Source of the DNA: an uncultured Spirochaetales bacterium
GTDB taxonomy: Bacteria; Spirochaetota; Spirochaetia; SPDA01; CAZJBZ01
Length of the DNA stretch: 64,000 bases
Assembly (NCBI GenBank): GCA_964594055.1
Contig: CAZQKT010000001.1
Span: 11,577 to 75,576, forward strand
Reading direction: 5' to 3'
Below, one piece after another: positions 37,865 to 47,049 of this stretch. The stretch's first letter is position 1, and each line of letters starts with the position of its first letter. Both the position numbers and the translations under genes were made by a program. The notes under the pieces were generated by a model that worked only from the letters and a program-made list of their open reading frames with translations, was not told the DNA's origin and did no database searches.

Positions 37865-40342
37865 ATGGCAGATACGATTAAAACGCTTGTTGAACAGCTC
37901 TCTACATACTCGCCGGGCGATTTGGTTACCGGAATCGAAATAAAGGAAATGTGCGACCGGCTGGCGGAAGAAGCTTCATGTACCGACGATCAGAAAACAA
38001 TTTTAAAAGAGGTTTCGCAGTTTTTTGAAGCATCCCTTATGGCGGGAAGTGAAACGGACGCAGCGGAGAAAGTAGAAGCATTCCGAAAAAAAATCGAATC
38101 CAACTTCGAAATAAGCGAAATAAAAGATACAGAAGAGAAAAAGAAAAAGACCGCTGATGAAGGTGATTATGAGGTCCTCTTTTCTTTTATTCAGGAAGCA
38201 CAGGACCATTTAGAAAATATCGAAGAGGAGATTCTGAAATTAGAGGACAGTGATGAGCCTGATTTGGTCGATTCGATCTTCCGCTCTATGCACACGATTA
38301 AAGGAGTGTCCTCGTTTCTCGGACTCAATAAGATAAAAACGTTGAGTCACTCTCTCGAGTCGGTCCTCGATGAGCTGCGGAAGGAGACAATTACCATCAA
38401 TACGGATTTAGTCGATATTCTGCTCGAAGGTACGGACCTTGTAAAAGCCATGGTAGCAGAGCTTAGCAGCCGCTCTGAAGATTTGGCAAAGACTAAACAA
38501 CCTGTTACGGAACTCGATTCCGAGATGGAAATCGATCACATCGTCACCAGTCTCGGGAAAATAATTACGGACAAGCAGGCCCCGCAGGTAAGTGCCCAGG
38601 CTGACCAGGTCATCACCCCTGAAATGATAGAAAAATTTGTAGAAGAATCGGGGGACCTCTTAGACCGGTTTGAAGAGTACATCAAACAACTCCAGTCGGA
38701 CCCGGGAGGGGAAAAGGCGATAAACGATGCGTTTCGGACTATGCACACTATAAAGGGAAATGCGGGGTTTTTTGGTTACAGTAGAATTGAATCGATCAGT
38801 GTCGACATAGAAACCGTAATCGACAGCATCAGAAGAGGCAATCGAGAAGCGGAGAGCGGTATATTAGAAATAATTCTCGACAGTGTTGATGCGATCCGTA
38901 AGCAGCTTGTCCTTATCCGGCAAGGAGAGACGGACTTCGAAGAACCTGAAAAACCGGAAACAGAACAGGAATACCTGCCGTTGGGAGAAGCCCTTGTTGC
39001 TATGGGCGGGGTAACACAGCAGGCAGTTGAAGAAGCTCTGGAGTTGCAGCAGAGAAAGCTTGGAGAGATTTTAGTCGAGGAAGGGGCTGTTTCGCAGGAC
39101 GTTTTGGAAGAAGCACTGCAGAAACAGAATAAAGCCAAAAAAGAACCTCAAGATCAGGGTGCTTCCTATAAAACACAGCGAAGCGATATTCGAGTGGATA
39201 TGGAGAAGCTGGACAGTTTGTTTGATTTGATGGGAGAGCTGATCACCGCGGAGGCGATGGTAATCGATAATCCGGACCTGGAACAATACGAACTGGATGC
39301 ATTTGACACAGCCACGAGCTACCTCTCCAAAATAACACGCGAGATGCAGGAAATTACCATGACCATCCGCATGATCCCCTTAGAGGGATTGTTCAATAAG
39401 ATGCGCCGTCTGGTCAGAGACCTCTCCCGCAAATTCGAAAAAAAGATCAACCTTACTATCAGCGGACAAGATACCGAGATGGACCGGAATGTAATGGAGG
39501 AGATATCCGACCCTCTCGTCCATATCATTCGCAATGCGATCGACCACGGAATCGAAGCTAAAGCGGCCCGTGAACAGGCCGGTAAAGAAGAAACCGGTGC
39601 TGTCCATCTCAGTGCACGCTATGAAGGAAACGAGATATGGATCTCCGTCAAAGATGACGGCGGAGGCCTGCATAGAGACAAGATCATCGACAAAGCGAAT
39701 GAGAACAATCTGCTTCGCAGTGACCCTTCCTCAATGACGGACAAAGAAGTATGGAACCTCATCTTCGAGCCCGGCTTTTCAACCGCAGATAAAGTCTCCG
39801 AGATATCCGGACGAGGGGTCGGCATGGATGTGGTAAAACGAAATATCGAAAAACTGCGCGGTAAAATAGATATTTCGAGCACACCGGGAAAAGGGACGGA
39901 AATAATTCTTCGTATTCCTCTTACGTTGGCCATTATTGACGGAGTGTCCCTGCTCGTCGGCAGCCGGCTCTTTTCGCTGCCTATAAACGATGTTGTCTCA
40001 TTTCACAAGATAGAGGAGGGACAGCTTACGACAACGAAGCAGGGAGAGGAAGTGTTGAGACTCCGTGACGACATCATCCCTGTAATAAAACTGCACGACT
40101 TTTACAGCATCGACACCGAAAAAAAGGCTGCAACCGACGGTATCGTTTTGGTCATTTTAGCCGATGGAAAGTATGCAGCAGTTGTCGTGGATAAGGTTGT
40201 CGGATATAAGCAGATCGTCGTGAAAGCGCTTCCCGATTATATCGGCGATATGAAGGCGATATCAGGATGCAGCATTATGGGCAACGGGGATGTCAGCCTC
40301 ATTATCGATACCAATTCTCTCGTAAACGCCGTTATCGAATAA
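37865..40342 (+). CDS. cheA: Chemotaxis histidine kinase CheA with two HPt domains, an inserted MshEN-like motif pair, HATPase and C-terminal CheW-like domain
   Basis: 825 aa. Two HPt motifs (FRSMHTIKGVSSFLG and FRTMHTIKGNAGFFG), dimerisation segment (LMGELITAEAMV) and HATPase_c (HIIRNAIDHG...DDGGGL...GRGVGMDVVK...GKGTEI). CheW-like C-terminus (DGKYAAVVVDKVVGYKQIVVK...GCSIMGNGDVSLIID). Confidence 0.85.
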   Translation: MADTIKTLVEQLSTYSPGDLVTGIEIKEMCDRLAEEASCTDDQKTILKEVSQFFEASLMAGSETDAAEKVEAFRKKIESNFEISEIKDTEEKKKKTADEGDYEVLFSFIQEAQDHLENIEEEILKLEDSDEPDLVDSIFRSMHTIKGVSSFLGLNKIKTLSHSLESVLDELRKETITINTDLVDILLEGTDLVKAMVAELSSRSEDLAKTKQPVTELDSEMEIDHIVTSLGKIITDKQAPQVSAQADQVITPEMIEKFVEESGDLLDRFEEYIKQLQSDPGGEKAINDAFRTMHTIKGNAGFFGYSRIESISVDIETVIDSIRRGNREAESGILEIILDSVDAIRKQLVLIRQGETDFEEPEKPETEQEYLPLGEALVAMGGVTQQAVEEALELQQRKLGEILVEEGAVSQDVLEEALQKQNKAKKEPQDQGASYKTQRSDIRVDMEKLDSLFDLMGELITAEAMVIDNPDLEQYELDAFDTATSYLSKITREMQEITMTIRMIPLEGLFNKMRRLVRDLSRKFEKKINLTISGQDTEMDRNVMEEISDPLVHIIRNAIDHGIEAKAAREQAGKEETGAVHLSARYEGNEIWISVKDDGGGLHRDKIIDKANENNLLRSDPSSMTDKEVWNLIFEPGFSTADKVSEISGRGVGMDVVKRNIEKLRGKIDISSTPGKGTEIILRIPLTLAIIDGVSLLVGSRLFSLPINDVVSFHKIEEGQLTTTKQGEEVLRLRDDIIPVIKLHDFYSIDTEKKAATDGIVLVILADGKYAAVVVDKVVGYKQIVVKALPDYIGDMKAISGCSIMGNGDVSLIIDTNSLVNAVIE
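38978..39126 (+). other. Tandem 24-residue MshEN/T2SSE_N-type (c-di-GMP-binding-like) motifs within CheA
   Basis: PLGEALVAMGGVTQQAVEEALELQ-QR-KLGEILVEEGAVSQDVLEEALQKQ lies between HPt2 and the dimerisation domain. Both copies fit R/K-L-G-x2-L-V-x2-G-x-V-x4-L-x2-A-L-x2-Q. Confidence 0.5.
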
Positions 40343-41418
40343 TGGCTTTCCTGAGGAAATCGCGTGAACGTTTTATTGCCGACAATCTCAAGAGACTGTA
40401 CGAGGATGCTCCCTGCCTGGAAATAGGCCGGAACAAACGGTTTGTCATTTTCAGTGATCTTCATTTGGGTAACGGAGGCAAAAATGATGATTTTCGCGGT
40501 AACGCGGCGCTGTTTTCCTCTGTTTTAGAGCAGTACTATCTCGAAAACGACTATACCCTAATCTTAAACGGAGATATCGAAGAGCTGCAAAAATTCAGAT
40601 TACCTGCCGTCAAAAAGCAGTGGAGATCAATTTTTTCTCTTTTTGACGCATTTGTCAAAAAGGACCGGTTCTTAAAGATCGTCGGGAACCACGATGTGGG
40701 GCTTCTCCACCAAAGCGGTTCGTATACGTATCCTCTTTATCAATCGATTCGATTTCACTATGGGGAAAACACGTTATACGTATTACACGGTCATCAGGCC
40801 TCGGTGTTTTTTACCAAGCATAATGATATTTCCGGATTTCTTATCAAGTACCTGGCCCAACCGTTAGGGATCAAAAATATTACAGCAGCACACGACAGCA
40901 GCAGACGGTATGCTACCGAGCAGAGGATTTATGAGTTTTCTGCAGAAAACAAAATCGTCTCCATAATCGGACATACCCACAGGCCGCTGTTCGAATCCCT
41001 CTCTAAGATTGATTCGATAAAGTTCAGGATAGAGATGCTGTGCCGTGCTTACCCGGATATGGACGATGAAGAGAAGCGAAGAGCGGAAATTACGATAAAA
41101 CGGAGCAAGGAGGAACTGCAGCATATCTACGAAAAGGACGATGTAAACGGAAATCGCAGCAGCCTCTACAATACAAGGTTTCTCGTCCCCTGCCTGTTCA
41201 ATTCGGGATGTGTCATCGGAAAACGGGGCATCACGGCCCTGGAGATCGGAGGGGACGAGATTGCCCTCGTTCATTGGTTCGATAAAACGGTAAGCAGTAA
41301 ATACTTCAGTCCGAATGGTGACAGGCCGGTACAATTGGGAAACACGACCTTTTACCGCACGGTATTAAAGCAGGATGTGCTTTCCTACATTTTTACGCGA
41401 ATTCAGCTACTGACCTGA
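40342..41418 (+). CDS. Calcineurin-like metallophosphoesterase, translationally coupled to cheA
   Basis: ~358 aa. Metallophosphoesterase motifs FVIFSDLHLGNGG (D-x-H), GDIEE, GNHD and GHTH. Start ATG overlaps the cheA stop (TAATG). The ORF is open upstream from 40267, but that region is the CheA coding frame. Confidence 0.6.
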   Translation: MAFLRKSRERFIADNLKRLYEDAPCLEIGRNKRFVIFSDLHLGNGGKNDDFRGNAALFSSVLEQYYLENDYTLILNGDIEELQKFRLPAVKKQWRSIFSLFDAFVKKDRFLKIVGNHDVGLLHQSGSYTYPLYQSIRFHYGENTLYVLHGHQASVFFTKHNDISGFLIKYLAQPLGIKNITAAHDSSRRYATEQRIYEFSAENKIVSIIGHTHRPLFESLSKIDSIKFRIEMLCRAYPDMDDEEKRRAEITIKRSKEELQHIYEKDDVNGNRSSLYNTRFLVPCLFNSGCVIGKRGITALEIGGDEIALVHWFDKTVSSKYFSPNGDRPVQLGNTTFYRTVLKQDVLSYIFTRIQLLT

Positions 41419-42351
41419 AGGGCCCCTGCCTTTCTGTTTGTCGGTTACCTGCAGATACAGTTCTTCGAGCCGGTTGTCTTCCTGCAGAGAACGAAGGGTA
41501 ATGCCCGCCTCGAGAAGTTCTTTTTGGAACCGGGTAACCGTTGCATCTACTTCTTCCGGTCCTGCTTTTATAGTAAAATGGAGCCGATAGGTGTTCTCTC
41601 CGATTTGACTGAACGATTGGAGATGTTCCAATTGGGCGCATTTCCGCTCTTCGATTTCGTTGAGATTTCTATTGAGCGTGACCGTTATAGAATGGGACAT
41701 GCCGGTCACTTCTTCAACCGGGCCTACTGCAGCGACCGTTCCGTTCTCGAGTACCGCCACATGATCACACAGTTCCTGCATTTCTTTCATGTTATGAGAG
41801 CTTACCAGTATTGTTTTTTCTTTTTTAAGTGCCTTGATGGTGTCTCTGATTTTGACGGCCGAGCGCCAATCGAGCCCGGCCGTCGGTTCATCGAGGATGA
41901 TGATGGGAGGAGAACCGAGAAAAGCCTGAGCTAAGGCAAGCCGTTTATACATGCCGTGGGAGAGAGTGGCCGCTTCCCGGTAGAGGGCGGAATCGAGCTC
42001 GACCATACGCAAGACCCGCAGCACTTCCCGCTCAGCCTCCAAAGCGGCGTATCCTTCGAGTTTGAGGAAAAAGGTGAGCTGATCGACAATGGGGATGTTC
42101 GACTGAAACAGCGCATCCTGAGGCAGGATCCCGATTTTTCCCTTCATGTTCGCAACCGATTCTTCTCCCGGAATAGAAACAGAGCCGCTGTCCGGTATGA
42201 TAAAACCGGTAATAACGGAGAACAGCGTGGTCTTACCCGCACCATTTGGACCTAACACGCCGAAGATTTTATGCTGAGGGACGGAAAGTGAGACATCTTT
42301 TAATGCGGTCACCGCACCGAAGGTTTTGGTTATGTTTTTCACTTCTATCAT
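41407..42351 (-). CDS. ABC transporter ATP-binding protein
   Basis: 314 aa. Walker A (GPNGAGKTT), signature (LSHGMYKRLALAQA) and Walker B (IIILDEPTAGLD). Confidence 0.8.
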   Translation of the reverse strand: MIEVKNITKTFGAVTALKDVSLSVPQHKIFGVLGPNGAGKTTLFSVITGFIIPDSGSVSIPGEESVANMKGKIGILPQDALFQSNIPIVDQLTFFLKLEGYAALEAEREVLRVLRMVELDSALYREAATLSHGMYKRLALAQAFLGSPPIIILDEPTAGLDWRSAVKIRDTIKALKKEKTILVSSHNMKEMQELCDHVAVLENGTVAAVGPVEEVTGMSHSITVTLNRNLNEIEERKCAQLEHLQSFSQIGENTYRLHFTIKAGPEEVDATVTRFQKELLEAGITLRSLQEDNRLEELYLQVTDKQKGRGPSGQ

Positions 42352-43817
42352 TACAGGTCCCTCTTTTGGAAGTATAGATTACCGAGTGCGAGATATAGTG
42401 CCGTATACCCTGCCATAGCTAATCCTGCCAAAAGAGTTGCCCACCAGGTGGGATGGAACAGGTAAAAACTGAGTTTATAGGGCAAAATGTATTGGAACGC
42501 CAAGAGAGGGGCCCACATATTCTTGAGTGCCAGGAACAAGAACGGAACGAGAATCAAGGTCCCCAGTGTGGCCCCGAGAGAGCCGATCCCGGAATCGATC
42601 ATCCCGGAAAAAACAATAGCAATAGCGATAAAGGGAAGAGAAATAAGGACAAAAGAGAGAAATCCGCGCAATCCCCAAGAGATCAATAAACCGGGATTGT
42701 AGAGATTCAGCTTGAACTGAATATACAGCAGGATACAGATAAACAGAAGCAGCAGCAGGATTATCGTTGTCATCATACTCCCAAGGTATTTGCCTAGAAA
42801 AATATCCCGCCTTCGGGTGCGCATCAACAGATACCGCAGCCCTCGATTACGCGCGTCTTCCGATATTTGGTTGAACCCGCTGAATATAATGACGGAGGGG
42901 AGGACCAAGCAGAAGAGCAGATAAAGAAGGGAGAGGAACCCCGGCCGTTGCCGCATTAAAAAATAGGCCCACTGCCGGGGCGAATACCTGCCCTCTACAG
43001 TATCTTCCTGTAGATCAGGCGAGAAGGGCTGCAGCATACCGGAGCCGGTCCCCGGTGAGAACAGTCCGCCCCCTTCAGCGGGCCGGGGTTCGTTTGTTAC
43101 ATTACCGAGAATCCGTTCAATGAGGGGGACCGCCATGCTTTCGAGCCGGGTGATTACCTGTTCCTGGTCCGGATTATTCCCTGTTAGAAAGGGCTGGTTC
43201 TTAAATAATTCCAACGGAAGGAGCAGCAGCTGGGCGGTGAACAACCCTATGAACATGATAGCAAGGGCAAGTACGATGCCTGCTGAGCTTCGAAGTGTTT
43301 GTCGCACACTATTAAAACCGATAAGGACCGCGTGGGGAAGGGGACGTTTCTGCTCTCTGCTGAGCTTATGGGGCTGATCGGAGAACGGTTCCACCGGGGT
43401 CCGCTCTATCCACAGGTCCCGAAATACGATGTTGACAAAGAGAAAGAGGAGAAGGGGATAAAGCAACCCTATTATAGTAAACATGGTAAATGAACCGGCT
43501 TCAGGCGCTGCAAATCTGATAATTTGGCGGACAACGACAAGAAGAAAATAGATGTTTACCATCACTCTTCCTGCAAGCCGGTGGACTTTTATGCATCCTA
43601 CTCCGGCGATTATCAGGGTAGCTGCTGTACCCGCGTTGAGGAGCATGGTAAGAAGGTGGACCGTTATATTCGGATGCTGTTCGACCCCGGCTATTGTGAC
43701 CGTACACCCGAGAGAGGCAACTGAGAAGAGTACCCCTAAGGCCTGAATTCCGCCGAAGATAAAGTTGAGGACGGCCAAGACGGTAAGCCCGCTTGGTCTG
43801 ATTGTTTGCTGTTCCAT
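42351..43817 (-). CDS. ABC transporter permease (polytopic)
   Basis: 488 aa with ~10 TM helices. Its stop overlaps the start of the downstream ATPase gene (ATGA). Confidence 0.55.
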   Translation of the reverse strand: MEQQTIRPSGLTVLAVLNFIFGGIQALGVLFSVASLGCTVTIAGVEQHPNITVHLLTMLLNAGTAATLIIAGVGCIKVHRLAGRVMVNIYFLLVVVRQIIRFAAPEAGSFTMFTIIGLLYPLLLFLFVNIVFRDLWIERTPVEPFSDQPHKLSREQKRPLPHAVLIGFNSVRQTLRSSAGIVLALAIMFIGLFTAQLLLLPLELFKNQPFLTGNNPDQEQVITRLESMAVPLIERILGNVTNEPRPAEGGGLFSPGTGSGMLQPFSPDLQEDTVEGRYSPRQWAYFLMRQRPGFLSLLYLLFCLVLPSVIIFSGFNQISEDARNRGLRYLLMRTRRRDIFLGKYLGSMMTTIILLLLLFICILLYIQFKLNLYNPGLLISWGLRGFLSFVLISLPFIAIAIVFSGMIDSGIGSLGATLGTLILVPFLFLALKNMWAPLLAFQYILPYKLSFYLFHPTWWATLLAGLAMAGYTALYLALGNLYFQKRDL

Positions 43818-43829
43818 GTATTGTGTTGT

Positions 43830-44411
43830 TTACTCCTTCTTTCCTTGCGAAGCATAAAACTTTCTCACGCTCGGGAGATTAATGAGGGCAAGTACTACGA
43901 CGGGATAAATCGAACCGATTATGATGGAAAAAGCACCGCTGAACCCGGTAATAATGCGCTTTACGAATTGAATAGGTACATCTTCATTCTGCAGTTCGGC
44001 CATTATTGCCGGATTTTCAAATATGCGGTTTACGACTTCTTTCATAATGAAAAAATTGACAATGAGAAGAATAATCATACCGGCTGCATAAATATCACTT
44101 ACCACAATTGACCACCGCTTATTGCCGAGTAAACCGATACCTCCGGCAAGCCCTACTCCCCGCAGTACGAGCTGCACAATTGCTATGATAAGACCGAAAG
44201 TAAGTGCGGAATTGACGGCGCTCAAGATTACTTCCGCCTCTTTTACCATATCAACCGGAATGCTCCCGAAAAGAGAATTGGCCGCGATCATACCGATCAT
44301 TCCAATTATCCCGAACAGCAATCCGAGAGAACAGATAATGATACTCAAAATTCCAATGACAGTTCCAATACCGGGTCGCTTTACGTCGTTTTGTGTTGTG
44401 TTTTCTTCCAT
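43830..44411 (-). CDS. Hypothetical integral membrane protein
   Basis: 193 aa with ~5 glycine/isoleucine-rich TM helices. First gene of the ABC operon. Confidence 0.35.
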   Translation of the reverse strand: MEENTTQNDVKRPGIGTVIGILSIIICSLGLLFGIIGMIGMIAANSLFGSIPVDMVKEAEVILSAVNSALTFGLIIAIVQLVLRGVGLAGGIGLLGNKRWSIVVSDIYAAGMIILLIVNFFIMKEVVNRIFENPAIMAELQNEDVPIQFVKRIITGFSGAFSIIIGSIYPVVVLALINLPSVRKFYASQGKKE

Positions 44412-44460
44412 TCTTTTTACTCCTCCATTTCCTTATGGTAATAGTATAATGGTACTAGTA

Positions 44461-45342
44461 CTATTCCTTCGGGTCAAATGCATCTTTCTCCCGCGGCGGT
44501 TTTCCGTTGATCGGGAAAAATGGGGGCCCGGCGAGCCCTTTGCCGTAACGGTTTACATAGATACCGAATAGTACGACGGCCACCACAACCGCCCAGATGC
44601 CGAACCATTGTCCGGTCGAGAAAGGACCCCAGATCCCTTTGCTTTCGAGGTCCCCTCGCAGGTAATCGTGGAAAAAGCGGAAGGACCCGTAGAGGAGAAA
44701 GTAGAGAGGAGCGACCTGTCCCCGTGTTCTTGTACGTTTGAAAACGGTAAAGAGGACCAATCCGATTGCGAGTAAACCGATAGCGGCAATGAGAGGAGTT
44801 GCAATTCTCGGTCCATGAGGAATTGATTCGTGAGAAAAGGCGTCGATTATCCACTCATCGGGATACGTGATGGTAAATAGACACTCTTCGCACACCTTGC
44901 CGTAGCAGCAGCCGGCGGAGAGACAGCCGAACCGTCCCATCATGTGCCCGAACGGGAAAGAAAGGGCTGTAACATCCACAGTATGCCAGGTCATGATCCG
45001 GTGCGGGTCGATTCTTGAGTATATCCACATCACTAAAGCGCCGAGTACGATCCCTCCGGTTACGTTACTGCCGCTCGTCGATATAATCTGCCAGGTTGTC
45101 AGACCCTGTCCCTGTTTTACGTAGAGATCGATTAAAACCTGGGTTATTCTCGATCCGAGAAAGGACACCATCATAAGAATGCCTAAGAAAATGATGTGGG
45201 CGACCGGTTTTTTCCGACCCTCTTCGGTCAAGAACATGAAAAGAAAACCTGAAAGGAGGATGCCTAAAAGAGCAAAAAGTGAGTAGGTAGCAAGTGCTAT
45301 GCGCAGATTTCCGATTGTAAAGTCAAACAAGTAGGGATGCAT
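44461..45342 (-). CDS. lgt: Prolipoprotein diacylglyceryl transferase
   Basis: 293 aa. The N-terminal FDFTIGNLRIALATYSLFALLGILLSGFLF resembles the Lgt start (..iGp..ihWYGlmyl.G). A GRFGCLSAGCCYG segment aligns to the Lgt G-R-x-G-N-F-x-N-x-E-x-x-G signature. 7 TM topology. Confidence 0.55.
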   Translation of the reverse strand: MHPYLFDFTIGNLRIALATYSLFALLGILLSGFLFMFLTEEGRKKPVAHIIFLGILMMVSFLGSRITQVLIDLYVKQGQGLTTWQIISTSGSNVTGGIVLGALVMWIYSRIDPHRIMTWHTVDVTALSFPFGHMMGRFGCLSAGCCYGKVCEECLFTITYPDEWIIDAFSHESIPHGPRIATPLIAAIGLLAIGLVLFTVFKRTRTRGQVAPLYFLLYGSFRFFHDYLRGDLESKGIWGPFSTGQWFGIWAVVVAVVLFGIYVNRYGKGLAGPPFFPINGKPPREKDAFDPKE

Positions 45343-45399
45343 CTATCTCTCCTGTGCTTCTTGCAAAAATCGGTTATTTTTGCAAGAGCCTCTCCTGTA

Positions 45400-45436
45400 A
45401 AAAAAAAGAGAAAGGGTTCTCCCTTTCTCTTTTTTT
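45400..45436 (-). terminator. Rho-independent terminator (14-bp perfect stem AAAAAGAGAAAGGG/CCCTTTCTCTTTTT, 4-nt loop, U-run) downstream of the DUF4190 gene
   Basis: aaaaagagaaaggg-ttct-ccctttctcttttt read directly. On the minus strand the stem is followed by a T9 run. It lies 25-60 nt 3' of the 45461..45787 stop, and it is flanked by A and T runs so could act bidirectionally. Confidence 0.6.
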
Positions 45437-45460
45437 ACATTGTACAGCATTAGCCGACGT

Positions 45461-45787
45461 TTATTGTGTAGCCTCTTTTGCAGCCTCTTCTGCGGCTTTC
45501 AAAAGATCTTTACCCATAGCTCCGGCTGCCGCCCCGGCGGCCGCGCATGCTATAAGAGCAATAACTGCCCATGCCGTACCGACAATACCGAGAATAAGAC
45601 CGGCTACTGCCATACCCTTTTTATCCGGAAACTTTTTCATACCCAGTACACCGAGAATGATGGCGAGTACACCGAGTATAATGCAGATAATTTGACCCAC
45701 AATTGGAATACAACCGATAATCAAATTAAGTGCAACAGAAAGAATTCCCAGTACCAATGAAGCAACTACCATACAATTCCTCCTCAT
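45461..45787 (-). CDS. Small membrane protein, DUF4190-like (two TM hairpins, Gly/Ile-rich)
   Basis: 108 aa. Repeated LGILSV..IIG / ILGIVG TM hairpins with an Ala/Lys-rich tail. Confidence 0.4.
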   Translation of the reverse strand: MRRNCMVVASLVLGILSVALNLIIGCIPIVGQIICIILGVLAIILGVLGMKKFPDKKGMAVAGLILGIVGTAWAVIALIACAAAGAAAGAMGKDLLKAAEEAAKEATQ

Positions 45788-45822
45788 TCTATAGAAAGTG
45801 TTACTCTTTACATAATACCGAT

Positions 45823-47031
45823 TTATTCTTTCTTGTCAAATATATTTTTATTTTTTATCTGCTCCAGTACTCGTCCTTCCAGCGGAACAGCTTCGCTTAG
45901 GCCGCAGACATTTTTCAGAATATGGTCAATACCTCGAGGATAGTCCTCTTCGGCAAAAGCAGCGTCTGCCGGGAAAAGCCGGCCGTTTTCATCCGCGGCC
46001 CGAAAATCGAAGGCCGCGGTCACTGCCTCCGCTATCCTATCATAAGGCAGCCCGTGCTTCTCACAGAGAAGCATCGCCCCGACGAGACGGTCGTTTTTGT
46101 GCAGTTTCCGGTGCAGGTCCCGCCCGACCCTGAAAATCGTATCTCCGAGTGCTTTGTTTTGAAACCGGATGAGAAGATCGTCGATATGCTCCTGCAGTTC
46201 GTTCATAGGGAGGTCTTCCGGGTATTCCCGGTTTAATGCTACCGCGGCCTGCTCCATACAGGCCCGGGACTTCTCGTAGAGCCGATGCTCTTGAAGGGGT
46301 TCCCAGATATAGCGGTATGTATCGTCGTGAGCATACCCGAGATACGCCGTTGCGGCATGTCCTAAATTGTGTACAAACAGTTTACGGTCCACATAGGCTA
46401 CGATATTGTTTACCGGATGGATCCCTTTTACATCCGGTATTCCGGTCTTAAACCCGTGTTTATCGAGAATGAGCGAATTGTACTCCTCTGCAAACACCCA
46501 GAGCGGGTCTTCGCGCATGTCCTCTTCCCGCATAATCGGGACCATTTTCCCGATACTGGTTTCCACGAGCCCCAGCCGGTCGTCGAGCGGATAATCGGCC
46601 GGGAGTAGTTTCTGCAGTCCGTTTCGGATAAAAGCCGCACCGTCCCGGATATTTTCTGCAATTATCAAATCCAGTCTGTCGTCAGGTGTTTTTTCGCGGC
46701 GCAGTTTGAGCACTTCTGCAAAAAGCGGAAGGATATGGGGGAGAGCGGATTTACCCACCGAGGTCGAGACGAGGTCGGCCGAAGCAATTTCCTCGGCTAC
46801 CTGTTCTTTATCTTTTCCGTGGACGGCCCGTACCCGCTCTACGCGGAGTTCCTCATCCGGTACATCGTTGCGTTTAATGATGACCCTGTACCGTCTCTTT
46901 TGGTTGAGTGCTTCCACCAACGTGTCGTTGATGTCGATAAATACAACTTCCCAGCCGCTTCGTGAAAAAAGCTGTCCGATAAAAGACCGCCCGATGTTTC
47001 CCGCGCCGAAGTGCACCAGTTTTTTTGCCAT
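45823..47031 (-). CDS. Mannitol dehydrogenase family protein (mannitol-1-phosphate 5-dehydrogenase-like)
   Basis: 402 aa. The N-terminal KLVHFGAGNIGRSFIGQLF matches the MtlD start (ALHFGAGNIGRGFIG). Confidence 0.7.
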   Translation of the reverse strand: MAKKLVHFGAGNIGRSFIGQLFSRSGWEVVFIDINDTLVEALNQKRRYRVIIKRNDVPDEELRVERVRAVHGKDKEQVAEEIASADLVSTSVGKSALPHILPLFAEVLKLRREKTPDDRLDLIIAENIRDGAAFIRNGLQKLLPADYPLDDRLGLVETSIGKMVPIMREEDMREDPLWVFAEEYNSLILDKHGFKTGIPDVKGIHPVNNIVAYVDRKLFVHNLGHAATAYLGYAHDDTYRYIWEPLQEHRLYEKSRACMEQAAVALNREYPEDLPMNELQEHIDDLLIRFQNKALGDTIFRVGRDLHRKLHKNDRLVGAMLLCEKHGLPYDRIAEAVTAAFDFRAADENGRLFPADAAFAEEDYPRGIDHILKNVCGLSEAVPLEGRVLEQIKNKNIFDKKE

Positions 47032-47049
47032 AGTTTTCCCTGCGTTTTC

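Noticed and set aside
40267-40341. Upstream extension of the metallophosphoesterase ORF (ORF track start 40267)
   Set aside because: That stretch is the in-frame 3' end of cheA on the same strand. An ATG overlapping the cheA stop (TAATG at 40340-40344) gives a standard coupled start.
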